Of a stretch of DNA of 64,000 nt, positions 46,432 through 57,213 are shown piece after piece. Origin of the DNA: a bacterium UBP1_UBA4783 (GTDB lineage Bacteria; Krumholzibacteriota; Krumholzibacteriia; Krumholzibacteriales; Krumholzibacteriaceae); NCBI GenBank assembly GCA_002403075.1, contig DHHB01000035.1:22886-86885 (forward strand). The letters are read 5' to 3'. How positions within the stretch are numbered: the first letter of the stretch is position 1; each line of letters opens with the position of its first letter. The notes beneath the pieces are model-generated. The model made no database searches. It had not been told where the DNA came from and saw only the letters and a list, made by a program, of their open reading frames with translations. Position numbers and translations under genes: made by a program.

Positions 46432-49008
46432 ATGAACGACCGGACCCGCGCGTTTTCCCCCGACGCGATCCGGGGGCTCTCCGACGAAGAGGCCGCGCGC
46501 CGGCTCGCGAGAGACGGCCCGAACGAGCTGCCGTCGGCGGCCCGCCGGTCGATCTTCCGCATCGCCCTCGGCGTCGTCCGCGAGCCCATGTTCGTTCTGC
46601 TGGTCGCCTGCGGCTCCCTCTATTTCGCGCTCGGAGACGCGGCGGAGGGGTTCATGCTCCTCGGCTTCGTCTTCGTCATCATGACGATCACGTTCTATCA
46701 GGAACGCAAGACCGAGCGCGCGCTCGAGGCCCTGAAGAACCTCTCGAGTCCGCGCGCCCTCGTCATTCGCGGCGGCGTCGAACGGCGCGTCGCGGGGCGG
46801 GAAGTGGTCCGCGGCGATACGATCGTCCTCGCCGAGGGAGACCGCGTCCCCGCCGACGGCGTGATACTCTGGCACGGCAGCCTCGCCGCCGACGAATCGC
46901 TTCTCACCGGAGAGTCGTTCCCCGTCGACAAGACCGTCTGGGACGGAACGGCCGGCATGCGGTGCCCGGGCGGCGACGGGCTGCCCTTCGTCTATTCGGG
47001 AACGATGGTCGTGCGCGGACAGGGGATCGTCGAGGTCAAGGCCGTCGGGCTCGACACCGAGATCGGCAGGATCGGCCGGACGCTCCAGGCGCTGAAATCC
47101 GAAGACACGCCCCTGCAGAAGGAGACGGCCCGGATCGTCCGCGGCTTCGCCGTCGCCGGGCTCGCGCTCTGCGCCGTCGTCGTCGTCGCCTACGCGCTGA
47201 CGCGGGACGATTGGATCGGCGGGCTGCTCGCCGGCATCACGCTCGCGATGGCGATAGTGCCCGAGGAGTTCCCCGTCGTGCTCACGATCTTTCTCGCGCT
47301 CGGCGCCTGGCACCTCTCGCGCAGCCGCGTGCTCACCCGGCATATGCCGGTGATAGAGACGCTCGGATCGGCGACCGTTCTGTGTGTCGACAAGACCGGC
47401 ACCCTCACGATGAACCGGATGGCCGTGCGAGAGCTCTTCGCCGGCGGGCGCTCGCTCGACGTGAGCTGCGCGGGCGACGAGCCGCTGCCCGAGGCCTTTC
47501 ACGAGATCCTCGAGTTTTCCATCCTCGCGAGCCAGCGTGATCCGTTCGACCCGATGGAGAAAGCGTTCAAGCGGTTCGGTGACGACTGTCTCGCGCACAC
47601 CGAGCACCTCCACGACGATTGGACCCTCGTTCACGAGTATCCGATTTCGGAGAGCCTGCTCGCGATATCGCGCGTCTGGAAATCCCCGGGGGGAGACGAG
47701 CTCGTCATCGCGGCGAAGGGCGCTCCCGAGGTCGTCGCGGACCTCTGTCATCTCGGCGAGCGGGAGATCGGCGAACTCGCCGGGCCGGTGCAGGCGATGG
47801 CCGGCCGCGGGCTCCGGGTGCTCGGCGTGGCGAAGGCGCACGTCCGAGCGGGAGAGCTTCCCGGCGGCCAGCACGATTTCGACTTCCGGTTCCTCGGCCT
47901 CGTCGGTCTCGCCGATCCGATCCGGCCCGGAGTCGCGGACTCCCTGCGGGAATGCGCGGACGCGAACATCCGCGTGGTCATGGTGACCGGCGATTATCCC
48001 GGCACGGCCAGCGCCGTCGCCCGGCAGGCGGGGCTCCGAGGGAACGGCGAGGTCGCGACGGGGGCGGACCTCGAGCGGATGGACCGGCCGGCGCTCGAAC
48101 GCCTCGCGGCGCGCGTGAACGTATTCGCGCGCGTCATGCCCGAGCAGAAGCTCCTCCTCGTGAACGCCCTCAAGGCGAACCGCGAAACCGTCGCCATGAC
48201 GGGGGACGGCGTGAACGACGCGCCCGCCCTCAAATCGGCGCACATCGGGATCGCGATGGGGGGGAGGGGGACCGACGTGGCGCGCGAGGCCGCCTCCATC
48301 GTTCTCCTCGACGACGATTTCTCGTCGATCGTGAAGGCGGTGCGCATGGGACGCAGGATCTTCGACAACCTCAAGAAGGCGATGGCCTACATCCTCGCCA
48401 TACACGTGCCGATCGCGGGGCTCTCGCTGATCCCCGTGCTCCTGAAATGGCCCCTCGTGCTGCTCCCCGTGCACATCGTGTTCCTCGAGCTCATCATCGA
48501 TCCCGCCTGCTCGGTGGTCTTCGAAGGGGAGCCGGAGGAGACGAACATCATGCGTCGGCCGCCGCGCGCGCTCGGGGAGCCGCTCTTCGGAAAACGCACG
48601 GTGCAGTTCAGCGTGCTTCAGGGGCTCGTCGTTCTCGCGGTGACGCTCGCGATCTTCGCCGCGGCCCGCTCGCTCGGACGGGAGACGGATGAGGCGCGGG
48701 CCTTCGCTTTCACGACGCTCGTCGTCGCGAACCTCGCCCTCATCTTCACGAACCGGTCCTGGTCGCGCTCGATCGCGCGGACGCTGCGAACCCGGAACGC
48801 CGCGGCGTGGTGGTGCGCGGGCGGAGCGATCCTCTTCCTCGGGCTCATCCTGTACGTGCCGTTTCTGCGGGGGCTGTTCCGGCTCGCGACGCTGCACGCC
48901 GCGGATCTGCTCGTGTGCGCGGGAGCCGGAGTCCTCGGCGTCGTGTGGTTCGAAGCGTTCAAGGCGAGAGCCGCCCGCTCCGCTCCCCGGCCCGCGGCCG
49001 GAGGGTGA
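46432..49008 (+). CDS. cation-transporting P-type ATPase (P2-type, Ca2+/Mg2+-like)
   Basis: TGES, phosphorylation site DKTGTLT, hinge [11 protein letters not shown]. About 10 TM segments. 858 aa. Confidence 0.9.
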   Translation: MNDRTRAFSPDAIRGLSDEEAARRLARDGPNELPSAARRSIFRIALGVVREPMFVLLVACGSLYFALGDAAEGFMLLGFVFVIMTITFYQERKTERALEALKNLSSPRALVIRGGVERRVAGREVVRGDTIVLAEGDRVPADGVILWHGSLAADESLLTGESFPVDKTVWDGTAGMRCPGGDGLPFVYSGTMVVRGQGIVEVKAVGLDTEIGRIGRTLQALKSEDTPLQKETARIVRGFAVAGLALCAVVVVAYALTRDDWIGGLLAGITLAMAIVPEEFPVVLTIFLALGAWHLSRSRVLTRHMPVIETLGSATVLCVDKTGTLTMNRMAVRELFAGGRSLDVSCAGDEPLPEAFHEILEFSILASQRDPFDPMEKAFKRFGDDCLAHTEHLHDDWTLVHEYPISESLLAISRVWKSPGGDELVIAAKGAPEVVADLCHLGEREIGELAGPVQAMAGRGLRVLGVAKAHVRAGELPGGQHDFDFRFLGLVGLADPIRPGVADSLRECADANIRVVMVTGDYPGTASAVARQAGLRGNGEVATGADLERMDRPALERLAARVNVFARVMPEQKLLLVNALKANRETVAMTGDGVNDAPALKSAHIGIAMGGRGTDVAREAASIVLLDDDFSSIVKAVRMGRRIFDNLKKAMAYILAIHVPIAGLSLIPVLLKWPLVLLPVHIVFLELIIDPACSVVFEGEPEETNIMRRPPRALGEPLFGKRTVQFSVLQGLVVLAVTLAIFAAARSLGRETDEARAFAFTTLVVANLALIFTNRSWSRSIARTLRTRNAAAWWCAGGAILFLGLILYVPFLRGLFRLATLHAADLLVCAGAGVLGVVWFEAFKARAARSAPRPAAGG

Positions 49009-49061
49009 CGAAGGCGCGGCGGAGCGATCGAACGTTCCGGTGCGAAGAAAGGAAACTCGGC

Positions 49062-49646
49062 ATGATGAACGATCCGGCTCGGCAAGCGCTCGAAGCGCTC
49101 ATGGAGGGAAACGCGCGGTTTCGCGAGGGCAATCCCGCGCACCCCCGGCGGGACGGGCGGCGCCGCGCCGAGACGGCGTCCGGGCAGAGGCCCTTCGCCG
49201 CGATCCTGTCGTGCGCGGACTCCCGCGTGCCGCCCGAGATCCTCTTCGATCAGGGGATCGGCGATCTCTTCGTCGTGCGCGCCGCGGGGCACGTGCTCGA
49301 CGCCGCAGGTCTCGGCAGTCTCGAGTACGCCGCGTCGCACCTCGGCGTGCCGCTCGTCGTCGTGCTCGGACACACGCGCTGCGGCGCCGTGGAGGCCGTT
49401 CTCGCGGGCGGCGAAACGTGCGGCAGCGCGCGTTTCGTGGTCGAGGCGATCCGTCCGTCCGTCGAGCGGGCGCGCCTCCTCGGCGGCGATATCCGCCGGG
49501 ACGCGGTCCGCGAGAACGTCGCCGCGGCGGTGTCCCTCGTCTCCTCCTGCGAGCCGGTGATCGCCGCGCTCGTCGCGGCGGGCTCGACGGCGGTCGTCGG
49601 CGCGGTGTACGACGTCGAGAGCGGCGCCGTCGAAATCGTCGGCTGA
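49062..49646 (+). CDS. beta-class carbonic anhydrase
   Basis: Zinc ligand contexts SCADSRVPPE and GHTRCGAV. Confidence 0.88.
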   Translation: MMNDPARQALEALMEGNARFREGNPAHPRRDGRRRAETASGQRPFAAILSCADSRVPPEILFDQGIGDLFVVRAAGHVLDAAGLGSLEYAASHLGVPLVVVLGHTRCGAVEAVLAGGETCGSARFVVEAIRPSVERARLLGGDIRRDAVRENVAAAVSLVSSCEPVIAALVAAGSTAVVGAVYDVESGAVEIVG

Positions 49647-49648
49647 GA

Positions 49649-52600
49649 TCATCTCACGAGAACGAGACGCGTCGTCGCCGTGTACGCCCCCGCCGCGAGC
49701 CGGCAGAAGTATACGCCGCTCGCCGCGGATTTCCCTCGGTCGTCGCGGCCGTCCCACACGGCCGCGTAGCGTCCGGCGGCGGCGCGGCGGTCGACGAGCG
49801 TGCGCACGAGCCTTCCCGACGCGTCGAAAATCTTGATCTCCACGGCGCCGTCGCGCGCGAGCGCGTACGGGACGACGGTCGACGGATTGAACGGATTCGG
49901 GTACGCGGGATCGAGCCGCGTCGTCGCCGGTCCGCCCTGCGGCCCGCCGGCGTCGGTCGGAACGACGGTCGTGACGCGGATGTCGTCGATGTGCCACCCC
50001 TCGAAACCGCGCTGCTCGTCGCTCGCGAAGTGGAACCGCACGAGAACGGGGCCGGAATAGGCGGAGAGATCGAACGTCTCGAACCGCCAGTCGAAGGCGC
50101 CCGACCAGCAGCGCTGGTACGGGGCGAGGAAGATCGTGTTGTACGGACTCGCTCGCGACGGGTACGGCGTTGCGGGAGCGAGGATCGTCCACGTGAGTCC
50201 GCCGTCGCGCGAGATCTCCGCGACCGCGGCGTCGAGCGCCCAGTACGGGTAGACCGCCCCGGCCTCGGCCTCCATCCGGTGCCAGAAGGTGAGCGTCGAG
50301 CCGGTGAAGAGGCACAGCGGCGGAAGCGTCAGCGCCGACTCCGATATGTTCGCGTAGGGCGATTCGTCCGCGCCGCCGCATTTCCAGCTCGAGGGCGCCG
50401 AGCGGAAGCGCTCCCCGCTCACGTGCCATTGATCCATCCCGGCGATCGCGCGATGGTCGAAGGGCTCCTCGCTCTCCCCGTGATCGTCGATCTCGAAGCC
50501 GCAGGTGCGGACCCTGATCGTGTCCGCGCGCGTCGGAATGTTCTCTCCCGAGAGAGTGAGAACGAGGGTGAGGGGGGTGAAGGGAGGGGTCGATTCGGCG
50601 ACAAACCAGAGAAGCTCCCCCGCGGATCCGAACGAGCCCCCCGGCGGAACGGCGGCGCTCTCCACCGTTCCCCGCACGACTCGGGCAAAGCCGATTTCCG
50701 GTATGGAGAGGGAGAGAACGGCGCCGCGCGCCTCCGTCGATCCCGCGTTCCGGTACGAGCAGATGAAATTCTGAAACTCCCACGCGTCGAGACAGCCGTC
50801 TCCGTCCCCCTCCGGCGCGTCGGTGATCGACCACGACTCGAGCGCCACGGCGGGGGAGCTCACGAGCAGAAGCTGCGGCGAACGCCACGTTCCCTCGGTC
50901 GCCGCCACGGCGAGGACGATCGGCGCGAGGCGCGGGCCGCCGCCGTTCGCGAGGATCTCCACCGAAAACGCGTCGTCGATCGCCGTTTCCGATCCGGCGC
51001 CGAGGTTCCCGACGAAACGGCTTCCGTCGATGATGCGAATCGCCGTGTCCGCGCTCGCCAGCGAGATCTCGACGCCGGTGAGATCCGCGGAGCCCGCGTT
51101 CGCGAGCAGCACGACGAGGGCGATCCGCTCGCCGGGCTCCGCGACGCCGTCCCCGTCGCCGGCGCGCGAGAGGAGCGAGTCGTCGCGCACCCCGAGAAGC
51201 CTCGCCGAGCAGAGGAGCTCGGCGTCCGCGGCGACCGTGATCGTGTCGTGATACGGGTAGTGATCCGGGGACACGATCGACAGCAGCACGTCGCCGGCGG
51301 CGAACGCGCCGAAGTCGACGAGCGCCTCGCCGGCCGCGTCCGTGAACGCCTCCCGGTAGGGTCCCGGCGCCGCCGCGTCGAGGACGACGCGCGCTCCGGC
51401 CACGGGGCCGCCGTCGTCGCTCACCCTGACCGCGAAACCGTCCTGTCCCGCGAACGGCGGGGCCGAATACTCGGCGTCGAGGCGCCGCGGCTCGGCGGTC
51501 CATACGGGGAGGGCCGGGTCGCCGAGCAGCGTGAGCGTGTAGTACACCCACCTGACGGCGCCGTAGGAGACGTACGGGGCGTTGTCGACGCGCGACCGGT
51601 CGTGCGCCTCGCCGAGGCGGCGGCTCCCGCCGCCGAAGAGTGCGCCGAAGAAGCGGCGGTCGAAGAACTGCGAGACGCCGCACGTCGAGCCGGGCGCGTC
51701 CCAGCCGAGACGCGTATGGCCGATGAACGCCACGGCGCCGCAGGGCCCGGTGAGGAGCTTCTCGGCGATGCAGTCTTCCGCGCGGACGGCGCCGGCGGGA
51801 TCGCGGTTGTCGAACGAGGCGGCGTAGCATCCGTGCGACCAGCAGATAAAATGGCTCGAGGAGACGCCGTCGTTAGCGAGCAGCGGCACCTGCGCTCCCG
51901 AGAGGCGCATGACCTCGTCGATATTCGCATGGCCGGCGTGGTTGACGAGGTGCACGCCGGCGTTGAGAACCGGCAGAAGCTGCGCCGCGTTCCACGAGCC
52001 GAGATCGCGGTCGTACAGCGTGATCGAGCCGTAGAACGGCGGAACGCCCTGCGTGTCGAACCCCCAGCTCGACGAGCCGAAGAGGATCTCGTCCTTGTAA
52101 TCCCCGCCCCAGGTGTCGACGCCGTTCTCGGACCAGAGGAGCTCGCCCAGCATGAGCGCGCTTTCGCACTGCGGGGCGACGGGGGAGAGCTGGTAGCGCG
52201 CGATCTTCGCGATCACGTTCGCGATCTCGGCCGTCGAATCGACGGGAAGCCGTCCGACGCAGACCTCCGGCAGGAGATCCTCTTCGCCGGGTTCCCCGAA
52301 GTACGCGTCGCCGTCGGCGTTCCACGTGCCGTCGAGACAGGCGTAGTAGAGATCGGAGGCGACGTCGGGATCGACCGTCGCGCCGACCTTCGCGTAGAGC
52401 CCGCGGTGCGGGACGATCTCGTCGTCCCCGCCGAGGAGCACGTACTCGGCGCCCCAGCTCTCGTACGCGTGGGAGATGAAGGCGCGGATCCGCTCCTGCA
52501 GGTCCGCGCCGGGGAAGCTCGCTGCGATCCACGCCGTGTCCACGACGCGGGCGCGCATGCCGCAGGAGGTCTTCAACGCCGCGAGCGGCTCGAACGCGGC

Positions 52601-53293
52601 GACGAACTCCGGCGCCGTGACGATGACGTACTGGGCGAGGTCGGCGGATGCGGGGACGTCCTCCGCCGTCGAGCGCAATCGGTAAAGCGAGGCCGCTCCC
52701 GGATTCTCCACGCTCCCTCCGAGAAGGCGCAGCGCCCGTTCGGGCCGGGCCGCGGGCGCTCCGCCGTCCGGATTCGGCGCCGTGCGCACCGTCACCCGCA
52801 GGGCCGGGGAGAAGAGGATGCGCCGCTCGGCGGGAAGATAGACGCACGGGTATGCGTTGACGAAGGCGATGCGGACGCCGCTCGCGGACTGTTCGGAATC
52901 GAGCTCGCCCCGCCGGGCGGGAAACGGAAGGGAGGAGAGGTAGATCGACTCGTCCCGGCCGGCGCGCGGCGCGGGAGAGCCGGGCGGCGCCTGCGGCGGC
53001 ATCGGGAGCAGGTCGAAGGAGACGGGGATCTCGATCGAGCCTTCCGGCTCGACGGCGACGTCGACGACGCGCTCCCCCGGGGGCAGTATGAAACGGACCG
53101 CGCGGACGGGGATCATGGGCTCGCCCGGACGGCCGATCGAGCGGCAGCCGCCGACCGAGACGAACACGCCGCCGTCCCGGCGGTCGAGCGCCGGCGCGTC
53201 GAACACGATCCGCGCGGTGAGGATTTCGGACCTCGCGCCGGCGGCGAGAAGGATGATCGCGAGGGCGGTCGCTGCGGCTCGGCGTGATGTCAT
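49649..53293 (-). CDS. gingipain-like C25 cysteine peptidase with C-terminal FlgD-Ig/T9SS-type sorting domain
   Basis: ATG 53293 plus signal peptide, and a propeptide-like N-terminal region. YVIVTAPEFVAAFEPLAALK is typical of C25. A His (NHAGHAN) and a Cys (WSHGCYAAS) lie ~30-35 residues apart, as in clan CD peptidases. The C-terminus has AYPNPFNPSTVVPY...SGVYFCRL. 1214 aa. Confidence 0.8.
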   Translation of the reverse strand: MTSRRAAATALAIILLAAGARSEILTARIVFDAPALDRRDGGVFVSVGGCRSIGRPGEPMIPVRAVRFILPPGERVVDVAVEPEGSIEIPVSFDLLPMPPQAPPGSPAPRAGRDESIYLSSLPFPARRGELDSEQSASGVRIAFVNAYPCVYLPAERRILFSPALRVTVRTAPNPDGGAPAARPERALRLLGGSVENPGAASLYRLRSTAEDVPASADLAQYVIVTAPEFVAAFEPLAALKTSCGMRARVVDTAWIAASFPGADLQERIRAFISHAYESWGAEYVLLGGDDEIVPHRGLYAKVGATVDPDVASDLYYACLDGTWNADGDAYFGEPGEEDLLPEVCVGRLPVDSTAEIANVIAKIARYQLSPVAPQCESALMLGELLWSENGVDTWGGDYKDEILFGSSSWGFDTQGVPPFYGSITLYDRDLGSWNAAQLLPVLNAGVHLVNHAGHANIDEVMRLSGAQVPLLANDGVSSSHFICWSHGCYAASFDNRDPAGAVRAEDCIAEKLLTGPCGAVAFIGHTRLGWDAPGSTCGVSQFFDRRFFGALFGGGSRRLGEAHDRSRVDNAPYVSYGAVRWVYYTLTLLGDPALPVWTAEPRRLDAEYSAPPFAGQDGFAVRVSDDGGPVAGARVVLDAAAPGPYREAFTDAAGEALVDFGAFAAGDVLLSIVSPDHYPYHDTITVAADAELLCSARLLGVRDDSLLSRAGDGDGVAEPGERIALVVLLANAGSADLTGVEISLASADTAIRIIDGSRFVGNLGAGSETAIDDAFSVEILANGGGPRLAPIVLAVAATEGTWRSPQLLLVSSPAVALESWSITDAPEGDGDGCLDAWEFQNFICSYRNAGSTEARGAVLSLSIPEIGFARVVRGTVESAAVPPGGSFGSAGELLWFVAESTPPFTPLTLVLTLSGENIPTRADTIRVRTCGFEIDDHGESEEPFDHRAIAGMDQWHVSGERFRSAPSSWKCGGADESPYANISESALTLPPLCLFTGSTLTFWHRMEAEAGAVYPYWALDAAVAEISRDGGLTWTILAPATPYPSRASPYNTIFLAPYQRCWSGAFDWRFETFDLSAYSGPVLVRFHFASDEQRGFEGWHIDDIRVTTVVPTDAGGPQGGPATTRLDPAYPNPFNPSTVVPYALARDGAVEIKIFDASGRLVRTLVDRRAAAGRYAAVWDGRDDRGKSAASGVYFCRLAAGAYTATTRLVLVR

Positions 53294-53422
53294 GGCGTCG
53301 TTGCTTCTTCCTTCCTCGGGCCGATGTGCTATAGTATACCATATCGCGCAAGGCGTGGGCGGCCGATAGCCCCGCGCTTCGAGAGGAACGGCGTATCCAC
53401 GGGCTGCGGGGACCGAGGTTCG

Positions 53423-53623
53423 ATGACGAAACGGTGCGCACATATCGACGACAACGTCGAGCGGTGCCCGTGCACGTACGAGGGGTGCCCTCGCCACGGC
53501 AACTGCTGCGAGTGCCTCCGGTATCACATCGCCGCCCGCGAGCTTCCCGCGTGCGCTTTTCCGCCCGACGTCGAGAGAACATGGGATCGCTCCTTCGAGC
53601 GGTTCATAAAAACCTACCGGTGA
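53423..53623 (+). CDS. small Cys-rich cytoplasmic protein (DUF6485-like)
   Basis: 66 aa with the pattern C-x12-CPCTYEGCPRHGNCCECLRYH...LPAC. I recall this pattern from an uncharacterised conserved family. Confidence 0.6.
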   Translation: MTKRCAHIDDNVERCPCTYEGCPRHGNCCECLRYHIAARELPACAFPPDVERTWDRSFERFIKTYR

Positions 53624-53676
53624 AAAGCGCGCCGCGCCGGGATGCCGGCCCGCTTCCGCCGCCCGGGGGATCGCCG

Positions 53677-53958
53677 ATGGATGATATCGCGAGGGTCCGC
53701 GTCGTCGTCACCGGCGTCGTTCAAGGGGTCGGATTCCGCTCGTTCGCGACGCATCTCGCGCGCGAGTACGCCATCAAGGGCTGGGTGCGCAACCGCGCTG
53801 ACGGCGCCGTGGAGCTCGAGGCGGAGGCGGAGCGGGCCATCGTCGAGTCCTTTCTGCGGGATATCCGCATCGGACCCAGCCGCGCCGAGGTGGACGGACT
53901 CGCCGTCGAGAAGATCCCTCCGCTCGGAGCCGAAACGGGTTTCTCCGTGCGTTTTTAG
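53677..53958 (+). CDS. acyP: acylphosphatase
   Basis: 93 aa. Signature VTGVVQGVGFR and GWVRN. Confidence 0.88.
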   Translation: MDDIARVRVVVTGVVQGVGFRSFATHLAREYAIKGWVRNRADGAVELEAEAERAIVESFLRDIRIGPSRAEVDGLAVEKIPPLGAETGFSVRF

Positions 53959-54065
53959 CGCTCGCATCTTGCCGTCGCGTCGTTTTTTCTTGATTTTGAC
54001 CGGCGGCGCACGAAAAATTCAGTGAGCACGCCGCGCCGGGCGGCCGCCGAACGGGCCGGAAGACG

Positions 54066-54090
54066 GGAACCTCGAGGCCGGTTCGGCGTA
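54066..54090 (+). promoter_or_regulatory. candidate ECF-sigma (sigmaE-like) promoter upstream of htrA
   Basis: GGAAC (54066-54070), 16-nt spacer, CGTA (54087-54090). About 48 nt upstream of ATG 54138. Confidence 0.35.
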
Positions 54091-54137
54091 CTATGGTGAG
54101 CGTGTTCCGGCGCACCGCAGACCAAGGAGGTCGAGTC

Positions 54138-55640
54138 ATGGACGTGAAAACGAAGCGATCGAAGGCGATCATCGCCGTCGTCGGCGTCGCCGTCATCTTT
54201 ATCCTCGGCATGGGCGCGGAGCGCATCATCAGCCTCGCGGGGCGGCCCGGCACGGGGGATACCCTCTTCCCGGCGGCGCGCGCGCAGTCGTCCGTTCCGG
54301 TCGACATTCCGAGCGTCGTCGAGAAGGCCGTCCCGGCCGTCGTCAACATCCAGACGAAAAAGGTCACCCGGGTGAGCCAACAGGTGCCCCCGATGTTCCG
54401 GGATCCGATGTTCCGGCAGTTTTTCGGCGACGAGTTCATGCGGCGCTTCAACGTGCCGCAGGAGCGGGTGTCCCGTTCGCTCGGTTCGGGGGTCGTCGTG
54501 AGCGGGGACGGCTACATCCTCACGAACAACCATCTCGTCGGCGACGTCGACGAGGTGCTCGTCATACTGCCCGACGAACGCGAGTTCAATGCGCGGGTCG
54601 TGTGGGCGGACACGAGGACCGAGGTGGCGCTCCTCAAGATCGAGGCGAAGGATCTGCCGACGATACGCCTCGGGGATTCGTCGGCGCTCCGGCTCGGCGA
54701 GACGGTCATCGCGATCGGGTACCCCTTCGGCGTCGGGCAGACCGTCACGCAGGGGATCGTGAGCGCCCTGGGGAGGACGTTCAAGGACGCCGAGCGCAGC
54801 GGGCTCTTCGTCGATTTCATCCAGACGGACGCCGCGATCAATCCGGGGAACTCGGGAGGCGCCCTCATCAACGCGCAGGGAGAGCTCGTCGGCATCAACA
54901 CGCTCATCGTATCGAACACGGGAAGCTACGCGGGGCTCGGCTTCGCCATCCCGATCAACCTCGCGAGAGAGGTCATGAACGACATTATCGCGCACGGGCG
55001 CGTCATACGAGGGTACCTCGGCGTCGACATGGACGACCTCACCGCCGACAAGGCGGAGTTCTTCGGCCTGAACAAGGGCGAGGGGGCCATTATCACCTTC
55101 ATCGTCGAGGGAAGCCCCGCGGAGAAGGCCGGGCTCGCGGCGGACGATGTCGTGACGGCGATCAACGGCGAGCCGGTGAAGAACACGAACGATCTGCGCA
55201 GAATCGTCGCCGCGATCAAACCCGGCGAAAAGGCCGCGATCGATCTCGTGCGGGACGGAAAGCGGATGAAGATCACGGCGACGGTGGGGACTCGTCCGGA
55301 CGAGCGCGAAACCGCGCAGACGCAGGAGCCGGGCATCGAAGCGGTGAAGCCCGAGCTCGCGCTTCTCAACGGCATCGGTCTCGAGGAGCTCAACCGCACC
55401 TACCGGGCGCGGCTCCAGATACCGGCCGAGCTGCAGGGGATACTCATCACGGAGATCGATCCGAACTCCCCGGCGGCGGACAAGGGGCTGCGGCAGGGGG
55501 ACGTGATCGTCGCGGTCAACAAGCTCCCCACGCGAAACCTCCGGGAGTTCAACGCGCGCATCAAGGGCCTCAAGGAAAACAAGATCCTTCTCACGATCTG
55601 GCGCGAGGGTTCCCGCGAGTACGTCGTGTTGAAGGAATAG
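54138..55640 (+). CDS. Do/DegP/HtrA-family periplasmic serine endoprotease with two PDZ domains
   Basis: ATG 54138 follows AAGGAGG. N-terminal TM anchor. Catalytic triad contexts TNNHLV, D...ALLKI and GNSGGAL. Two PDZ regions. Confidence 0.9.
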   Translation: MDVKTKRSKAIIAVVGVAVIFILGMGAERIISLAGRPGTGDTLFPAARAQSSVPVDIPSVVEKAVPAVVNIQTKKVTRVSQQVPPMFRDPMFRQFFGDEFMRRFNVPQERVSRSLGSGVVVSGDGYILTNNHLVGDVDEVLVILPDEREFNARVVWADTRTEVALLKIEAKDLPTIRLGDSSALRLGETVIAIGYPFGVGQTVTQGIVSALGRTFKDAERSGLFVDFIQTDAAINPGNSGGALINAQGELVGINTLIVSNTGSYAGLGFAIPINLAREVMNDIIAHGRVIRGYLGVDMDDLTADKAEFFGLNKGEGAIITFIVEGSPAEKAGLAADDVVTAINGEPVKNTNDLRRIVAAIKPGEKAAIDLVRDGKRMKITATVGTRPDERETAQTQEPGIEAVKPELALLNGIGLEELNRTYRARLQIPAELQGILITEIDPNSPAADKGLRQGDVIVAVNKLPTRNLREFNARIKGLKENKILLTIWREGSREYVVLKE

Positions 55641-55677
55641 CGCGGCCGGCGAAGCAGCGTCGGGAAGCGAGAGAAAA

Positions 55678-55704
55678 ACGGGGCGCCCTGGGGGGGCGCC
55701 CCGT
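55678..55704. terminator. bidirectional intrinsic terminator
   Basis: ACGGGGCGCCC (55678-55688) pairs with GGGCGCCCCGT (55694-55704). An A-tract lies upstream and TTCGTTTT downstream. Located between convergent htrA and ino1. Confidence 0.75.
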
Positions 55705-55784
55705 TTCGTTTTCGCGCGCGGGACCCCGCGCCCCGCGGGCGGGAGGGAAGGTCCGCCGCTTCGTCCGTTCCGGCCCCCCCCGCC

Positions 55785-57098
<1,314 letters not shown>

Positions 57099-57178
57099 GT
57101 CGAAACTCCTTTCGCGGTATCCGTGCGTTCGCCGTCGAATCGAATAATCGTCTTGATTCTCCGCCCCGCGGGATGATA

Positions 57179-57197
57179 AAACAATTTTATATTGTTT
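57179..57197. promoter_or_regulatory. AT-rich interrupted dyad in the ino1 / LysR divergent intergenic region; candidate LTTR operator
   Basis: AAACAAT-N5-ATTGTTT (7-bp perfect arms). Lies 17 nt upstream of the LysR ATG and 81 nt upstream of the ino1 ATG. Confidence 0.4.
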
Positions 57198-57213
57198 ATG
57201 CGACGTATAAGAG

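Noticed and set aside
48689-53287. 1532-aa plus-strand ORF and the overlapping 1070-aa minus ORF (48618-51830)
   Set aside because: Their composition is dominated by Arg, Gly, Asp and Glu, with no recognisable domains. They overlap the P-type ATPase, the carbonic anhydrase and the C25 protease, all of which have clear family motifs.
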